Shown piece by piece: positions 1 through 13,900 of a stretch of DNA of 64,000 nt (position 1 is its first letter; each line of letters opens with the position of its first letter). Below the pieces are notes generated by a model. It did not search any database. It was not told where the DNA came from and saw only the letters and a program-made list of their open reading frames with translations. The translations under genes were made by a program, and so were the position numbers. This stretch comes from Mizuhopecten yessoensis (taxonomy: Eukaryota): NCBI RefSeq assembly GCF_002113885.1, contig NW_018403528.1:596433-660432 (forward strand), written 5' to 3'.

Positions 1-676
1 GAACCATCAGGCCAACAAACCCTGATAGCCATATGTACTGAGACACTGCGAAGAACCATCAGGCCAACAAAGCCTGGTGGCCCTATGTACTGAGACACTG
101 CGAGGAACCATCAGGCCAACAAACCATAATGGTCATATGTACTGAGACACTGCGAGGAACCATCAGGCCAACAAACCATGATGGTCATATGTACTGAGAC
201 ACTGCGAGGAACCACCAGGCCAACAAACCCTGATGGTCATATGTGCTGAGACACTGCGAGGAACCATCAGGCCAACAAACCCTGATGGTCATATGTACTG
301 AGACACTGCGAAGAACCATCAGGCCAACAAACCCTGATAGCCATATGTACTGGGACACTGCGAAGAACCATCAGGCCAACAAACCCTGATAGCCATATGT
401 ACTGAGACACTGTGAGGAACCATCAGGCCAACAAACCCTGATAGCCTTATGTACTGAGAAACTGCGAAGAACCATCAGGCCAACAAACCCTGATAGCCAT
501 ATGTACTGAGACACTGTGAGGAACCATCAGGCCAACAAACCCTGATAGCCATATGTACTGAGACACTGCGAAGAACCATCAGGCCAACAAACCCTGATAG
601 CCTTATGTACTGAGACACTGCGAAGAACCATCAGGCCAACAAACCCTGGTGGCCCTATGTTCTGAGACACTGTGAG
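1..676. repeat. Minisatellite, 52-bp unit, ~13 copies (runs off the left edge)
   Basis: Unit gaaccatcaggccaacaaaccctgatagccatatgtactgagacactgcgaa recurs head-to-tail every 52 nt. Confidence 0.97.
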
Positions 677-1393
677 CCTGGTCGTGGTGGTCCTAAGTTC
701 TAAGACATTTTTTGGAACCAGCAAGACACTCAACTCTGACTGACCAACGTATACTTCGGTTTCATGATAGCTATGATGTTTCGTGCGATAAGTTTTTTTT
801 TATTTATTTCACTAGTTCAGTTAAAAATGTATACAGCTGATGAAACACACAGCGCCGTCCTTTAGCTGATGTATATCTTATAGGTGACAAGGGCTGCTGA
901 CAAATCGATCTCTCATGATCAAAAGCTCTCAGGTCTAAGATAAAACTGCCCATGTGAAAATTTCTTTTCACTTTGTTTACATACATCTTGATTAAACATT
1001 GTCGGAGTCACGCTATCGGGGTTTGTAGACATCTGATGAAGCGTGAACGCTCTGTTGTTGCGCTGCCATGGTACATGTTTTAATTATAAATGCCGGTTAG
1101 TCAGAGAAAATGTGTTATACTGATCAACGTAAGGGAATTTCAATTTCTTTATTACCAAATGCAACAGATAGCATATAGGAGTTGCAATCTACATGTACAT
1201 ACAAGTAAATATTACAACTCATTGATGTAAGATGGCGGAGAACATGGAGTAAGATAAAAGATGACATCATAGCAATGTTGACAACATACAAAAGAAAATA
1301 TATAATCATTGTTAGTGGCACAAAGCTGGAACATACACGATTGCTCAGATATTAAGTATAGACTTTCATTTAGAAGTAGCTTGAATTAGATAC

Positions 1394-2310
1394 TTATTNG
1401 TTTCTATTGCAAAGCGGACACCGCCGTTGAGCTCTAGATATACCATTATACCTGCCTGTTTCTATACTTAGTGTATGAGATTGTAACCTATACTTACTGA
1501 GGATATTTTTACACTTATAAGTTAGTGACTTGGTGAGGTAGAACTGCATGTCATAATGATCTACGATATATTTATACAACCTACATTTGGAGGAGTTTTC
1601 AAACATGCTTCTCACTTCTTGGATAAAAGTATCTTGTATACGTTGGGTGTATAAAAATACGAAATGTTTTTCATTAGAAACACACTGAGCCAACCAATCA
1701 TCATGAAAGCCAATTCCACAAAATTTATTTAACAATTTGGTTTTTTAAGATTTAATATTCGACAAGCATATCGTAACAAGATCTCAAAATACAATTGTCA
1801 GTTTTCAATAATTTTAACCAGTACTTTATAATGGATATTTTACGCTTTATCTGTAAAGGAAATCGACCAAACTCAAAGTAAACCATAGAATTATTTACAG
1901 ACTTTTTTACTCCAAGAACTTCTTTCAGGAAATGCAAATGAACTTTTTCAATTTGTGTTGCAGGACAGAATCCCCAGACTTCACAAGCATAGTTAAGTAA
2001 ACAAGTGATATAAGTGTCGAGTAATGACAACTTAGTTTCACAGTTTAACATCAAATTCCTAAAATTCATTTTCAATAAAAAAAACCACCCCAAGCTTTTC
2101 TACCCTTGGCAGCAATGTTATCCAATGCTGAAGTAAATCTGCCATTATAATTGAATACTAGCCCCCAGATAACAAAAAATGTCTACTATTTCAATAGGCC
2201 TACCATGTATGTCCATTTCTCATAAGGGAAAACACGTTTGTTTTTATTGAATATCACTACTTTTGTTTGATCCACATTTACCTTTAAGTTCCAGTATCCA
2301 ACAAAACACT
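1394..2310 (-). mobile_element. Decayed non-LTR retrotransposon ORF2 fragment (RT C-terminal region, RTE-X-like)
   Basis: Minus-strand ORFs contain LLNYACEVWG..IEKVHLHFLKEVLGVKKS..FGRFPL and YRLQSHTLSIETGRY..RCPLC, typical of LINE ORF2 C-termini; frameshifted; broken at the N at 1399. Confidence 0.88.
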
Positions 2311-2454
2311 TATGACGTCAATAATTGGTCCATGGCATTCATAGTTTAGGCATTCATAGCTTATATAAATACCAACTGAATTCGGTAGGGTTAGGGACAA
2401 TGCCATCTTGATGGTAAATATTACTTTTTAATCAACACATGTTTTTCATCATGA

Positions 2455-2642
2455 TATTCCGTCTTTGCGTATTGCAGAGTTATCTTCTCTTGAGAGCAGG
2501 TATTGATTGTTACGTCATTTGTTTGTGGGAGAACGTCATCAATTTTTGAGAAAACGACGTAATTTTCTCACACTAACCAATGACGTAATAATCAATACCT
2601 GCTCTTAAGAGAAATAACTCTGCAATACGCAAAGACGGAATA
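2455..2642. mobile_element. Palindromic MITE with TA ends, copy 1
   Basis: Long inverted arms tattccgtctttgcgtattgcagagttat... / ...ataactctgcaatacgcaaagacggaata; a second copy lies in opposite orientation at 32246-32435. Confidence 0.85.
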
Positions 2643-3368
2643 GGACCTAACGAATGACACCTCTCTCCCTATTATTACCAAACCTGAGGTTTCATTCGGA
2701 CACCCAAACAATTTGAACGGAAGCGGGTATAATTAGCTTACGTGTTCAACTCAAGGGAGTAGCGTCCCTTTACAGAAAGGTTTGGAGAACGGTAGGATGT
2801 AAAAACACTGGGTATTTTTTGTTTGTTTGTTGTTGTTAAATGTCATGATATTCAAGGAAGACCTCGTGTATGTCATTTTATCTAAACCACCGTTCTCACT
2901 TGCATCCATTCGAACTGAATAAGTAGTGCAAGCTGCATTTTATATGGACCAAAAATGGATTGGACTGTATCACCTGGCATCTCCTGGGTTCTAACTAGCA
3001 TCAGCTGTTACAAACTGTGACGACACCATTGTACCTGGTGCTTTGATATAGAAGTCAGTGTACACATAAAAGTACGAGACATAGATAATATGAAATAGGC
3101 ACTGCCTATAAGCGAGCGCACATAGTTCAGTACCCTTTGTGATGATGGTGTAGATTTCGGGCGTCTGCGGCGCCCCAGCTAAGAACTTTAAGGTTACAAA
3201 ACGAACAGAATTCCTCCTTAGGACATACGTGCACTGAATATTCTTCCATGAAAATAAAATGAATGGTAGTTTAAAAAAAAATGTATTTTAGTTAAGAAAA
3301 CCTGTCAGATGTTCCATGTAGGCCTGTTTGTTGTTACTAATTTACTATTATTGTAACACCCTTGTTAA

Positions 3369-5500
3369 TTAGTCCGAATTATTCTGACGTTTTATCAACT
3401 TTTTTTTATATCGGTCTGTCGTCGATTAACGTCAGACAGGCGGCCCTCAATAATATGCGGAAAATAAGCGACCCGCGCCTGGGTCGCTCTTCAAACTGAC
3501 ATTTTAGCAACAAATCGTCTTTAAAGTATATATATATTTACATTAACATCCCCTTTATTTTGTTTTGGGTATATAGAACTGTAGCTAAAGTATTGGTATT
3601 TATATATACATTAACCTCCCCTTGGTTTTGTTTTGGATACATACATTTAGCACATTTGTGCAAGGACAGTTCCGAACAATGATCATGCAGCTCAATCAGC
3701 TCAGTCTGCTATATATATAGTGCAATCTGAAGTCCACTGGGTTCAAATCCTGGACTAACCCTGCAGAATTTTACACTTAGAAAACTGCTTTTTATTATAT
3801 TTTGTTCATTTCATTTTTATTATAATGTTTTCATTTAAGTCCCACAAGCTATGCTTTTCTTTTCAGACTTTATAAGAATCTTTCTTTGTGAAAGAGGGTA
3901 TCAAATTGTAAATTTGGGGACTCTGCCGTTACCCCAGGGGTTAGGATATATATGGGGCTTCAAAGGGAAAATTGATCAATATTTCAAAAATCTTCTTCAG
4001 ATTCAGGTGAACTGTTCTTGGACAGAAATGTCCCTAGGTGTTATTTATCTAAATTGCCCCATAGTCATCAGGTCATCCTTTGGGAAGGGGTATAGTTTAT
4101 TTAGGGAGATGATGTTTTTAGGCATATTTTGTCTTTAACTCTACAGGAAATAATTCAAATTTGCTTGAAATAATAATGAGATATCAATTTGATGCTATCA
4201 GAAAGTAGTATTCTGACTCACCCCTTGGTTCGGAGGGGCAGGGCTCATTGGAATATTGGCTAAAATCTTCTTCTCTAGACTCAGATTTACTAGAATCCAA
4301 CACTAGTACTCTTGATGGATGGAAATGTCCATACATGCTTTATCTGAATTGTAAAGTTTATTATCCAAGGGTCATCTGTTGACCCTTTGGAAATCGGTAG
4401 ATTTTATAGATTATGTATAATAGGTAAAAACACTGTGGGTACATTTTGTCCAATTTCTAACATGTAATATTATTAGCTTTCTGGTATTGTAAAATGACAC
4501 TTAAAGTCCATTTGAAAATATTCATATATTGTAATTTATTCCTATCTAATATAGCATTATTAAACCCTGGACTTTAATTAATTCCGTGATTTTACCTGTA
4601 CCAACAAGACACATCTGTTTTTAATTTACAATTAGATGTAGATCTAACAGGTGATATTATTAGCTTTCTGGTATTGTACAATGACAGTTAAAATTCATAT
4701 TAAAATATTCATACATTGTTATTAGTTCCTTCCTAAAATATAATTAAAAAAAAATAACTGTCACAACATGACACAAATTTGTAATATACACTATTTTATT
4801 ATTGCAAACTTCCAGATAAAGCTTTTAAACACCCTTTTTTCTGTGACTGGTGTTGGCGAAATGTTCAAATACACGCTGGTATGATATTTCAAGCACATTT
4901 AAACATTACGATTTATTATGATGAATTCTGCAACTTTCTGCAAACTTAGGCAGGTGTGAAGATTTGATTGTATCTAAAGTTTAATTATATCTCAACATGT
5001 TACTCCACGTAATTCTGGAAAATTGATAAATTTCATTTGTTTATAATATTTGTGTATATGGCCCGTATGGGCAGAGGGGTGGGGCTCAAAAGGGAAATGG
5101 AGGAAAAATTGAAATTTGTACAAATTAAAGGATATTAACTTAATTTGTTTTAGAGCACCTTTTAACAGACCCTAGGGTGTTGATGGGTTTTTTTTGGTTT
5201 TTTTTTTGTTTTTATACTTTTGACAAACAATTGGCAATATGAAATTCTACAAACCTTCTTTCATTAGTGCCCTATAGTAATTACAGTGTCTGTCTTTCAG
5301 CACTTTTGTTTCCGGAAATTATCTCGGGACTCCAAAAGGCCGAAATTTCTATAACTTCACATATTGATACAGTGTGATACATATAGATGTGCAAAGGGCC
5401 AGGAATTTCACGATTTTATCTGGTCAAAATCGAGGTCACTGTTACTAAAAATTGCAAAATCCATTTTCTAGCTTAAGTTCACAAATCATAAATGTAATAC
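3369..5500. mobile_element. Unclassified interspersed repeat region with internal degenerate repeats (possibly HINE/Helentron-type)
   Basis: First ~60 nt match the left arm of the hairpin element at 46939-47035; internal direct repeats (e.g. ~4468-4540 vs ~4655-4725). Right boundary uncertain. Confidence 0.4.
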
Positions 5501-5681
5501 TCACTGCCTACCAAGATGTTCGAATGTCCTGTTGTTGTATGCAGTAAAGATCAAATTAACAAGTATATATATATATTCATATGAAATGTACCAAGTAATT
5601 GGAAATGAGTTGTATATAACTAGTTGTTTCTGTTTATATATGTTTGCAGTTTTTACATAATTTAAAGTTGTACTATTATTT

Positions 5682-5743
5682 CCACCAGGATTTGAACCTG
5701 GGTCTCCCACAATAGAGTGGCCAGTGTGATGACCGCTACACTA
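5682..5743 (-). mobile_element. tRNA-derived SINE head (pol III A/B boxes)
   Basis: Minus strand reads tagtgtagcgg (A box) ... ggttcaaatcc (B box); no intact acceptor stem. Confidence 0.55.
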
Positions 5744-6959
5744 TAGAAATACATATGGCACAACTGACATTTTCTTTCACGATTTATTTCCATTTTTGAA
5801 ATGTTTCAACTTTTACATTTATATTTACGTTCTCCCTCTGCTTTTCTTATCACATTGGAAATTAATATACCGGTATTTTGAACCAAGTTTATGCCAGGCT
5901 CAGAACTTCAATTTGCAATGTGTAAAAATTAATTATGATTTTTTTTTTATTCCAAGATATATACAAGTAAAATAAAAAGATCCTTAATTATCCATTAATA
6001 TTAAATATGATTCTGCAATATAATTCTCAAAAATAAGATTGCACACATATACTGGTACATGCAATTCAAATCGGTACATAAGGTTATTTATGACAGGTTA
6101 TCACGGTTCTCCCCATTTGAATCTCTACATTTACTTGTAGTTTACAGGGGAAACCCCTTAAATTCCCATAATTATAAGAACCTTCATACAATATGTTTCA
6201 GTTTTAGATTTCTCATATACCAGTATTTAGTTATCAAAATGGTAAACCTCATAAAAATTGAGGGTAGGTTTTAGAATGTGTATAAACACCGGATAAAAAG
6301 TGCTGCTGTTATTTACTGGTGTGTATAGGTTTATTACTAACCGAAAGTATCCCGAAACCGAGCCCCTGTGTGCTATTTACACCCATGTACCAAACATCAG
6401 CTAGATATTTGAAAATTGACCGAGTTATGATAAATTATTTTTTTACAACCGGTGGCGTGGTACATGTGTGTAAAGAAATCTACAGATCGTGAAGCGTCTT
6501 CAAACTGTATCTCTAACAAATATCTAAAAAAACAATCGACATCAGAAGATATGTTATTCATATGACTATTAAACACTAAATTGGATGCACAAAACCAATA
6601 CATTAAAAAGTTAAAAGCTTTTAAGGGTGCGTCAGTTATGAAATTATTTAGATTTGCTCAAGACAACAAACCTGACGTGTTCACAGTTGCAAGGCTTTTA
6701 AATTACCTCCAAACAATACAGTCAAAACCTGCCATACTACATTTTTTTAATTATGTAAATTATACACCTAACTTTCACACTTGTATATATCTCGATACGT
6801 AAGGCTATGAATACAAATAACATATTAAAGCAGTGCTCCTCATGAAGTTGTTTACAAACTAACAACTCAATTATGTAAACACCTCACAAACGTGATGATT
6901 TTTTTTTATCTTGACTGGTCTTGATCTCTGAGGAAGTGTTGCGTCAATAGTCTAATGTA

Positions 6960-7600
6960 GGTGTTTGTAACCAGGTATCTCAATGATCTATGATAAGTGT
7001 TTGTAACCAGAGATCTCAGGGGTCTATAGTGGGTGTTTGTAACCAGGGATCTCAGTGGTCTATAGTGAGAGTTTGTAACCAGGGATCTCAGACGTCTATA
7101 GTGATTGTTTGTAACCAGGGATCTCAGTGGTCTATAGTGAGAGTTTGTAACCAGGGATCTCAGTGGTATATAGTGAGAGTTTGTAACCAGGGATCTCAGA
7201 CGTCTATAGTGATTGTTTGTAACCAGGGATCTCAGTAGTCTATAGTGAGAGTTTGTAACCAGGGATCTCAGTGGTATATAGTGAGAGTTTGTAACCAGGG
7301 ATCTCAGTGGTCTATAGTGTGAGTTTGTAACCAGGGATCTCAGTGGTCTATAGTGAGAGATTGTAACCAGGGATCTCAGTGGTATATAGTGAGAGTTTGT
7401 AACCAGGGATCTCAGACGTCTATGGTGATTGTTTGTAACCAGGGATCTCAGTGCTCTATAGTGAGAGTTTGTAACCAGGGATCTAAGACGTCTATAGTGA
7501 TTGTTTGTAACCAGGTATCTCAGTGGTCTATAGTGAGAGTTTGTGTCAAGGTATCTCAGTGAACTATATTTTTTGGTAATCAGGTATCTCAGTTGTCCAT
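6960..7600. repeat. Minisatellite, 36-bp unit, ~17 copies
   Basis: Unit gtttgtaaccagggatctcagtggtctatagtgaga; accounts for the 12-aa repeat ORFs in the track. Confidence 0.97.
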
Positions 7601-8837
7601 AGGTAGTGCGTCTGTTACTGTTCGTGACTAGGTACATGTAACTCAGTGAACTATAATCAGTGTTTTTATTACGTTTTTAAAAAATGGCACGTGCGACGAC
7701 TATGCGTTCAGTTTTGGACTATAGGAATAATTCACACTATAGAAATACTTTTTTGTCATAGAAATTATAAAGGTCATCATAAAATATTTATATGCTGACA
7801 AAAAAATATTCATTTGAAGCGTAAGATACTGCAAAATTCAAGCCTTGATCCGATTTGGGTCCCGATATTCGAAAAGAAACTGGAGCCGCTGATTGGTGAT
7901 TTCAGAGCGTTCTATAAATAAATACCCATCGAAATTCGTCCTTTGATACAACCATAAATGGATGTAATTCCTCCTCAGATTTTTCGATGATTAAATAAAA
8001 TGATGGTTTGGTGATCCGATTTGGGTACTGTCACCTTAGGTGTTATTGTGTGTGCTGAATAGGCTCATGTGGAACTCTCACGAATAAAACAATTTGAATG
8101 TGAATTTGTATATATATACATCTAGGTCCGGTTTTTCAAAGCCTATAAGTTTATATATATTTTTGTATCCAAAATATTGAAATAAATTAATCAAAATACC
8201 ATTATCGTGGTTCCAAATCTAAGAACGAAAAGGCACAAAGTTATTGTTTATTTTCCAGCTGAATTTCTGAATTAATTTGTTTCACAATTCACGGATAATG
8301 CTTCGTTAAGCTAACCATGCTCTCACTAACAAGGTTCGGGTCTGAACCTTTCGTAAGATGTCCTATTGTTGTCCTTTCGTAAGCTCATGTATCCCCCTGT
8401 AGGTTATGTACTTAGAGAAGTAGGCTAGGAACGGCACATATTCTGGTAAGCCATCCGGTAAATTTTCTATGGTTAGCCCTCCAACAAGCATGGTTGTGAA
8501 AATCTTCTCTGGTCAGCCGTCCAACAAATAAAGCTGTGAAAAATGTCTCAGTGTCAGAACCACAAATATGTTAGCTTTTCAGTTGAAAAACGGAATAAAA
8601 AGAGAACAAAAGGAATTAAAATGCAACGAAAACAGAATGTAAACGGATTGAAATTTAACAAATGGAACGAAAGAAGATGGAACGAAACGCCAAAAACGGC
8701 TGAAAACGATGTTATGTAACACTAAGTACTCCAGTTAGCCCTGAAAGTCCAGAATTTCGTCGCGGGGTTCCTTTTAAAGAGACAACTGTCTTAATTACTA
8801 TGCTCAAATTGTAGGGCCATGCAGGTTGTTTTCCCAT

Positions 8838-8908
8838 CATCCCCAATATTCCAGGGGATATATCCCGCTCTCTGCGTTAGTGAGGGTAACCCCTGGAGTA
8901 TCGAGGAT
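8838..8908. mobile_element. Small hairpin MITE, same family as 57731-57816
   Basis: Arms catccccaatattccagggg / cccctggagtatcgaggat match the arms of the 57731 element. Confidence 0.6.
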
Positions 8909-10779
8909 TCTCCGCCTGACAATATTTGAAAAAACCCGTCTCTCTAGTTTGGTTGTAAGTGCAAATGAGACTCTGTGATTGATCAAACTATGTTATATAT
9001 ACATGACCTCTTGTTACACATATTATGTGTGTCTGAGTGAAATAAAAATCGTGAAATAAAAATCTTGAATCTTGTGATTGATGACGAGATTGGGCATTTT
9101 ATTGACTAATACAACGACCAGACCGAGATTCGAACCCGGGGCCTCCGCACGCAAGATAATTACCGGCGATCGAACCAGTCTAGTTCCGCGTCAAAAATTA
9201 TGTATTTATGAAGATAACTTTTCATTAGTAACTACACTATAGTATTTTATCGTCCAAACCAGGGTCTATTTCGTTTGAAATCCGAGGTCAAACGCAGTCT
9301 TCCTTTTTATCCTGGCAGTAAATACCATTCGGAACCCCTCGGAAAGTATCAGAAGATAAGAGAATCTGTGCTTGCCGAAAAGGCTCGAATATGTTCAATT
9401 CATTAAATATTTACGAGTACGCTGATAGGACTTGTTGCCCGAACGCCATATAGTTCCATAATGGTGATAATATGAAATGCATCAGTAATTAATCATCAAG
9501 AACTGATATACAGAAGATCAGCGTATGGACGTTTATCTGTGAACTGATCTGATGGGGAAACCAAGGAACCTATCAATCACCTTAAAATGGGGAATAATTT
9601 TCAGTTTAACGAATTGGAATGTAATATAAGTAGTTTGATATTGCTTATATGTTAAAAGAACTATTTCTCATGGTGACACTCGGAACACTGGCCAATGTGT
9701 TCCTGAGTTATTAATCTGTATGCTATTTCGGGAAAGACGGTGTAGATGGGTTATTTCATAATCCAATCGACTAACGCTTCAGAATGTTTCATAAGGATCT
9801 CAAATGACACTCGGAAAATCGGCAGAGGTGTCTGAGTGTACCACTCACTCACTGACACACGACATCACACTGTGTGCAGTTTTGTTTCCTATTTTGTCAC
9901 TGTTTGACGTCTCTGCGTAAATATCACCACACGATATCCGTGCTGGAAACGAGAGCTGTACAAATGCAATTATTGAAGTACTGAGTATTATATCAACAAC
10001 CTGTCCAACTTTTTATACACAAAGTAAATATTTGATCAACCAATATGGAATCTGTCGCGACATCTCATGAAGTTGCCGTGAAACTTCGGTTGAATTACCG
10101 CTGTTCGTCGGAAAAAAACGATCCCAGGACACATTTATTTGGAATCCAATTGTTTTTCTTTATTTTCCGGTGACGCCGATCATTGCGGCATGTATAGGTG
10201 TATTTAGCGATGTCCTTATTTAAAAACAAAATGCATTGTACGTGTAGTTCTCATAAATTGACACGTTCCCACTTTGTTAAATAGTGCTATTTTAGTTAGA
10301 CGGAAGTTGCCAAACTAAAGCTATTGTTTACTGTAGTGTAGAGATCCGTATCTGATCCTCTGATAGCTTCCTTATTTACAACAAACACAACCACGGATAT
10401 AACATAAACACAGTGGATAGGCCCGAGGGTGCTCGAACGGACCGAGTTTCACTGGCTGATCCAAGTAGAAAGCGAATTGTATTCGCAGGGTGACCAAATG
10501 ATAATGTTTTGATATATATGCATAATTTAAGTGACCGGAGACAATGATACAAGTGACTTCTTCTTAAAAACCATAAGGATTGGGTCATGGGATATAAGTG
10601 ATAAAGGGTTACTACATTATTATATAGGTTATTAAATAAATGACATCGACACTGTTCAAGTTCCAGGTGCCAATTCTGGTAACATTTGTTACTTATTAGA
10701 TTAAGTTTAGATAAATGTCAATCTTTTTTTTTAGATAAACGTCATTGACTTTCATTTGATCTTGGTCACGCGGGTTGAT

Positions 10780-10980
10780 ATAAACTTTGTTGTTTCAACT
10801 AACATAAATCACTCTTGTTGGCCCGGGTGTTAGCGCGGGTGGGGTTGGGGTTAGTGTCTTAATGTGGGAAGAAACCCGAATATCCGGAAAAAACCCAAGA
10901 GGTTGGTCATGTGACCCCGTACCTTTTCAAGGAATCGAACCCCGGTAGCCTTGCGTTATCCACTACGCCGACCGACCAAC
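10780..10980 (-). mobile_element. tRNA-derived SINE with Deu/Nin-like core
   Basis: Minus strand has a B-box-like gggttcgattcc and a gggttttttccggatattcgggtttcttcccac core; resembles 19660-19820 in reverse. Confidence 0.65.
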
Positions 10981-13900
10981 GAACCGGTGGATACTGGGGT
11001 ATGATATTTAGGCTGTAACCAGCTGGCCTGGAGGGTTCGTATTTGTTGAAGCAAACGATGTTGACCTTTATCTAAGGATATGTAAAAAATCCTTTATCGA
11101 CATTTAAGATTGAGCTATGAAGCCTTGGGTCATGACATTTGACCAGTAGCTTGCTTGGACTATAAGATTGCTACTGAAATTAGAAAACTTTGGTCTTTTA
11201 CTCGGATGACCGTGAGTTCCATTGGGTTCTTATTTGTTTATGCTTTAACAAACAACAACAATGATAAACTGAGGACGTTTGAAGATTTGAATACGACTTT
11301 ACAGCAGAATGCGCTTTGCAAGGTTTTGTTGTGCCGTAGTGTCTTTCACAACAGACTGGACAGCACGTTCTAGGACATACCCTACCTATTTGTAATGGAT
11401 TTTGTTTGTTTGGCGTTGTATGTCTTCCTGACATCCCATGAAGACATCGCGATGCATTTGTGCTATGCATAAAGCACGTGTTGATGAAAATATCCAATGC
11501 ATACCGATCGACAGACAGTTATTTCGGGAGGTAGAATAAGCTAAGGAGGATTCCAAAAACCTGGCAAAATTTGAAAAATTGTGTAATGTTGAATTATTGT
11601 ATACAGCTGTCAATATCTACAAATCATTATCAGAGCGCATACGGGTTTTAACGAAGACCACAGAACTTGCAGCGGCCGCTGTATTTTACCGTGTGCGTTT
11701 TCAGTAACAGTTTCCTATCGTAAATGCGGGGGATAATCTTTGTCCATTAGTTCCTAGTATTCCAATATTTTCTGTATTGATTCTGTCAACTGGCTTGTAC
11801 AGATATAGCTATATGGATTTTGATATATTGTTTATATATATATATATCTGTATGAATTTGGATAAAAATATATAGAAAAAAATGCTCAGTATCAGTTTCG
11901 TCTCCACCCTGCCATCGAACTCCAATAACTGGTTTGTTTCGTTTCTTTTTTTCCCATTTTCTTTTTCAACTTCACCAACATCATACACACGGACTTTCGT
12001 GTTGAAAAATTCTACATTTACAACATGTTCTGTACAGCGGCGGACCACAGGTGTCACCGATGGATGAAGTACAGTTCTGAAGTAGGTGTCTAATACCTAA
12101 AAGAAACATTTTCGCCATAGCCATGAATTAATCGAATAAAACGGTCTCCTTTAACCTGCGCTGATCACTATTCTACACCATGACGTCCCCTAATCGGTAA
12201 TAATATACCGTAACAACCACAATACCAAGCAAAGTCTTGTAAAGCATTTTTTATGAGTATGTGGAACAGTTTTGGTAGGTGGTGTCAGAGCCTGCAGTAC
12301 CAAGCCGGATCGATAGCACTGGATACGTCGTCACGACAGCCGACGATCATATAGGTCCGTCTGATCAATATCATTTTCGTGCCGTTCCGTCTAATTAGCA
12401 TCAAACTTGGTTTGAAATGTTGAGACCCCCACGAGTATATACGTGACCAAATCTATATACCTCATCGTCGAATGTTTGCCTCGTGAGCGCGCGCATTGCT
12501 TTTGCCGCACTGTTGGCGGTTTTGTCGCAGAGATAGGTTGTAACTATGGCGATGTGATATGAGTGGTCGGCATTACAACAATACGCCGTGTCTATGAAAT
12601 GATGGCTTTGATTTTCTCGTCTCCCTGTATCATGCGACGTTTCATTAACGTGATACGGCTGGCCGCCATTTACATGAATCCACAATATCGATACCTTGAC
12701 AACGGACGATTGGCAGGCAGGGCACTGCGGCAATCAGACATTGCTCCGCCTATAAAATTTGCTATTGACAGGGATTTGGCCTTCAGTGTCCTAATCAATC
12801 AGAAATGTAATGCACATGACGTTTCATACAATCGATATCATACACGCGTTATCATCAATAAAAACATAACACAACAACCAGACGGTTTTTGTTACAAGTA
12901 TTGATTTAATAAGATCTGATCAGGGAAAAAGACAATAACAAAAATGAATCTACGAACAATATGTACCAAAACAATGGCATTAACGTCAGTGAAATGTTAC
13001 AGAGTAGCAATGGCCTGTCTGAAATGCTTGATTTGTATAAGAGATGCATTAGAGATTATATGTATTCAAAAACAGACATTGCTACACCCTGGAAAATCTT
13101 CTCTGTCGTCAAACCAATTGATTTTTACACAAATACAGGAGAGTCGCGTTACCATTATTAATTGATCTTCATGTGTTTAGTGCTAAAGCAAACTGAAACG
13201 CATAGGACAAAGAGCAGAAATATTATGGGATGGATATGCCCGTGAGACAGGTTATCGATAATCCTTATCGATTTCCTCGATCGATTTTGCGATATTAATA
13301 CCGTTCAATCTCCGTCCCATCATCACGCTTTGTGGCAATACAGCAAGCCCCAGACGGTTTGATCAGCTCTGCTACACAGAAAATACATTCTAGAAATTCG
13401 GTAGATATCTTTTTTCATAAACGATATTCAGGGAAAATCTATTATTATAGTTGAGTCGTTCTGCTGAATAAGCTTACACGGATATGCCATTAAAGTTATG
13501 AAACATGAAACTACCCTAAAACCCAGTTCGGGTGTCGTGTTCTTGTAACGACCGTTTTCATTGGTCAAGAAAACTGATAGGCGTATATCATTATATTCTG
13601 CGACAGAAAAGCACCCTTTGTATTACGACTTCCCTGGCGCAATTGTACTTACATGACACCATTCATAATAGACCATCTCGATAATTAAAACTGGTTATAG
13701 ATAGTTCTTGACTTCTAGTAGTGATGTCTTAAAACCTATACAAGCAACAAGAAAAATAACAAGTAGTTTTTCCCGAAATAATGATTTTAATGATTTAACC
13801 TCTTATGATATCTGCGTTTGGTCAGTTGGATGTCGACACGCCAGATCAAATTCAATTATCTGCGAACATGGAGAACAAAGTTAAAGCGCGAGGTCTGTCA

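Noticed and set aside
1-676. Tandem hammerhead ribozymes in the 52-bp repeat (ctgat...gaa)
   Set aside because: The CUGANGA and GAAA core boxes and the three-stem junction cannot be built.
3688-5743. tRNA genes at ~3690-3760 and ~5682-5743 (also ~9115-9190 and 51860)
   Set aside because: Only A/B-box remnants with no complete cloverleaf; better explained as SINE heads.
6906-7637. 243-aa repeat ORF (LRSLVTNSHYRP)n and its antisense ORFs
   Set aside because: A consequence of a stop-free 36-bp unit; open on both strands; no gene structure.
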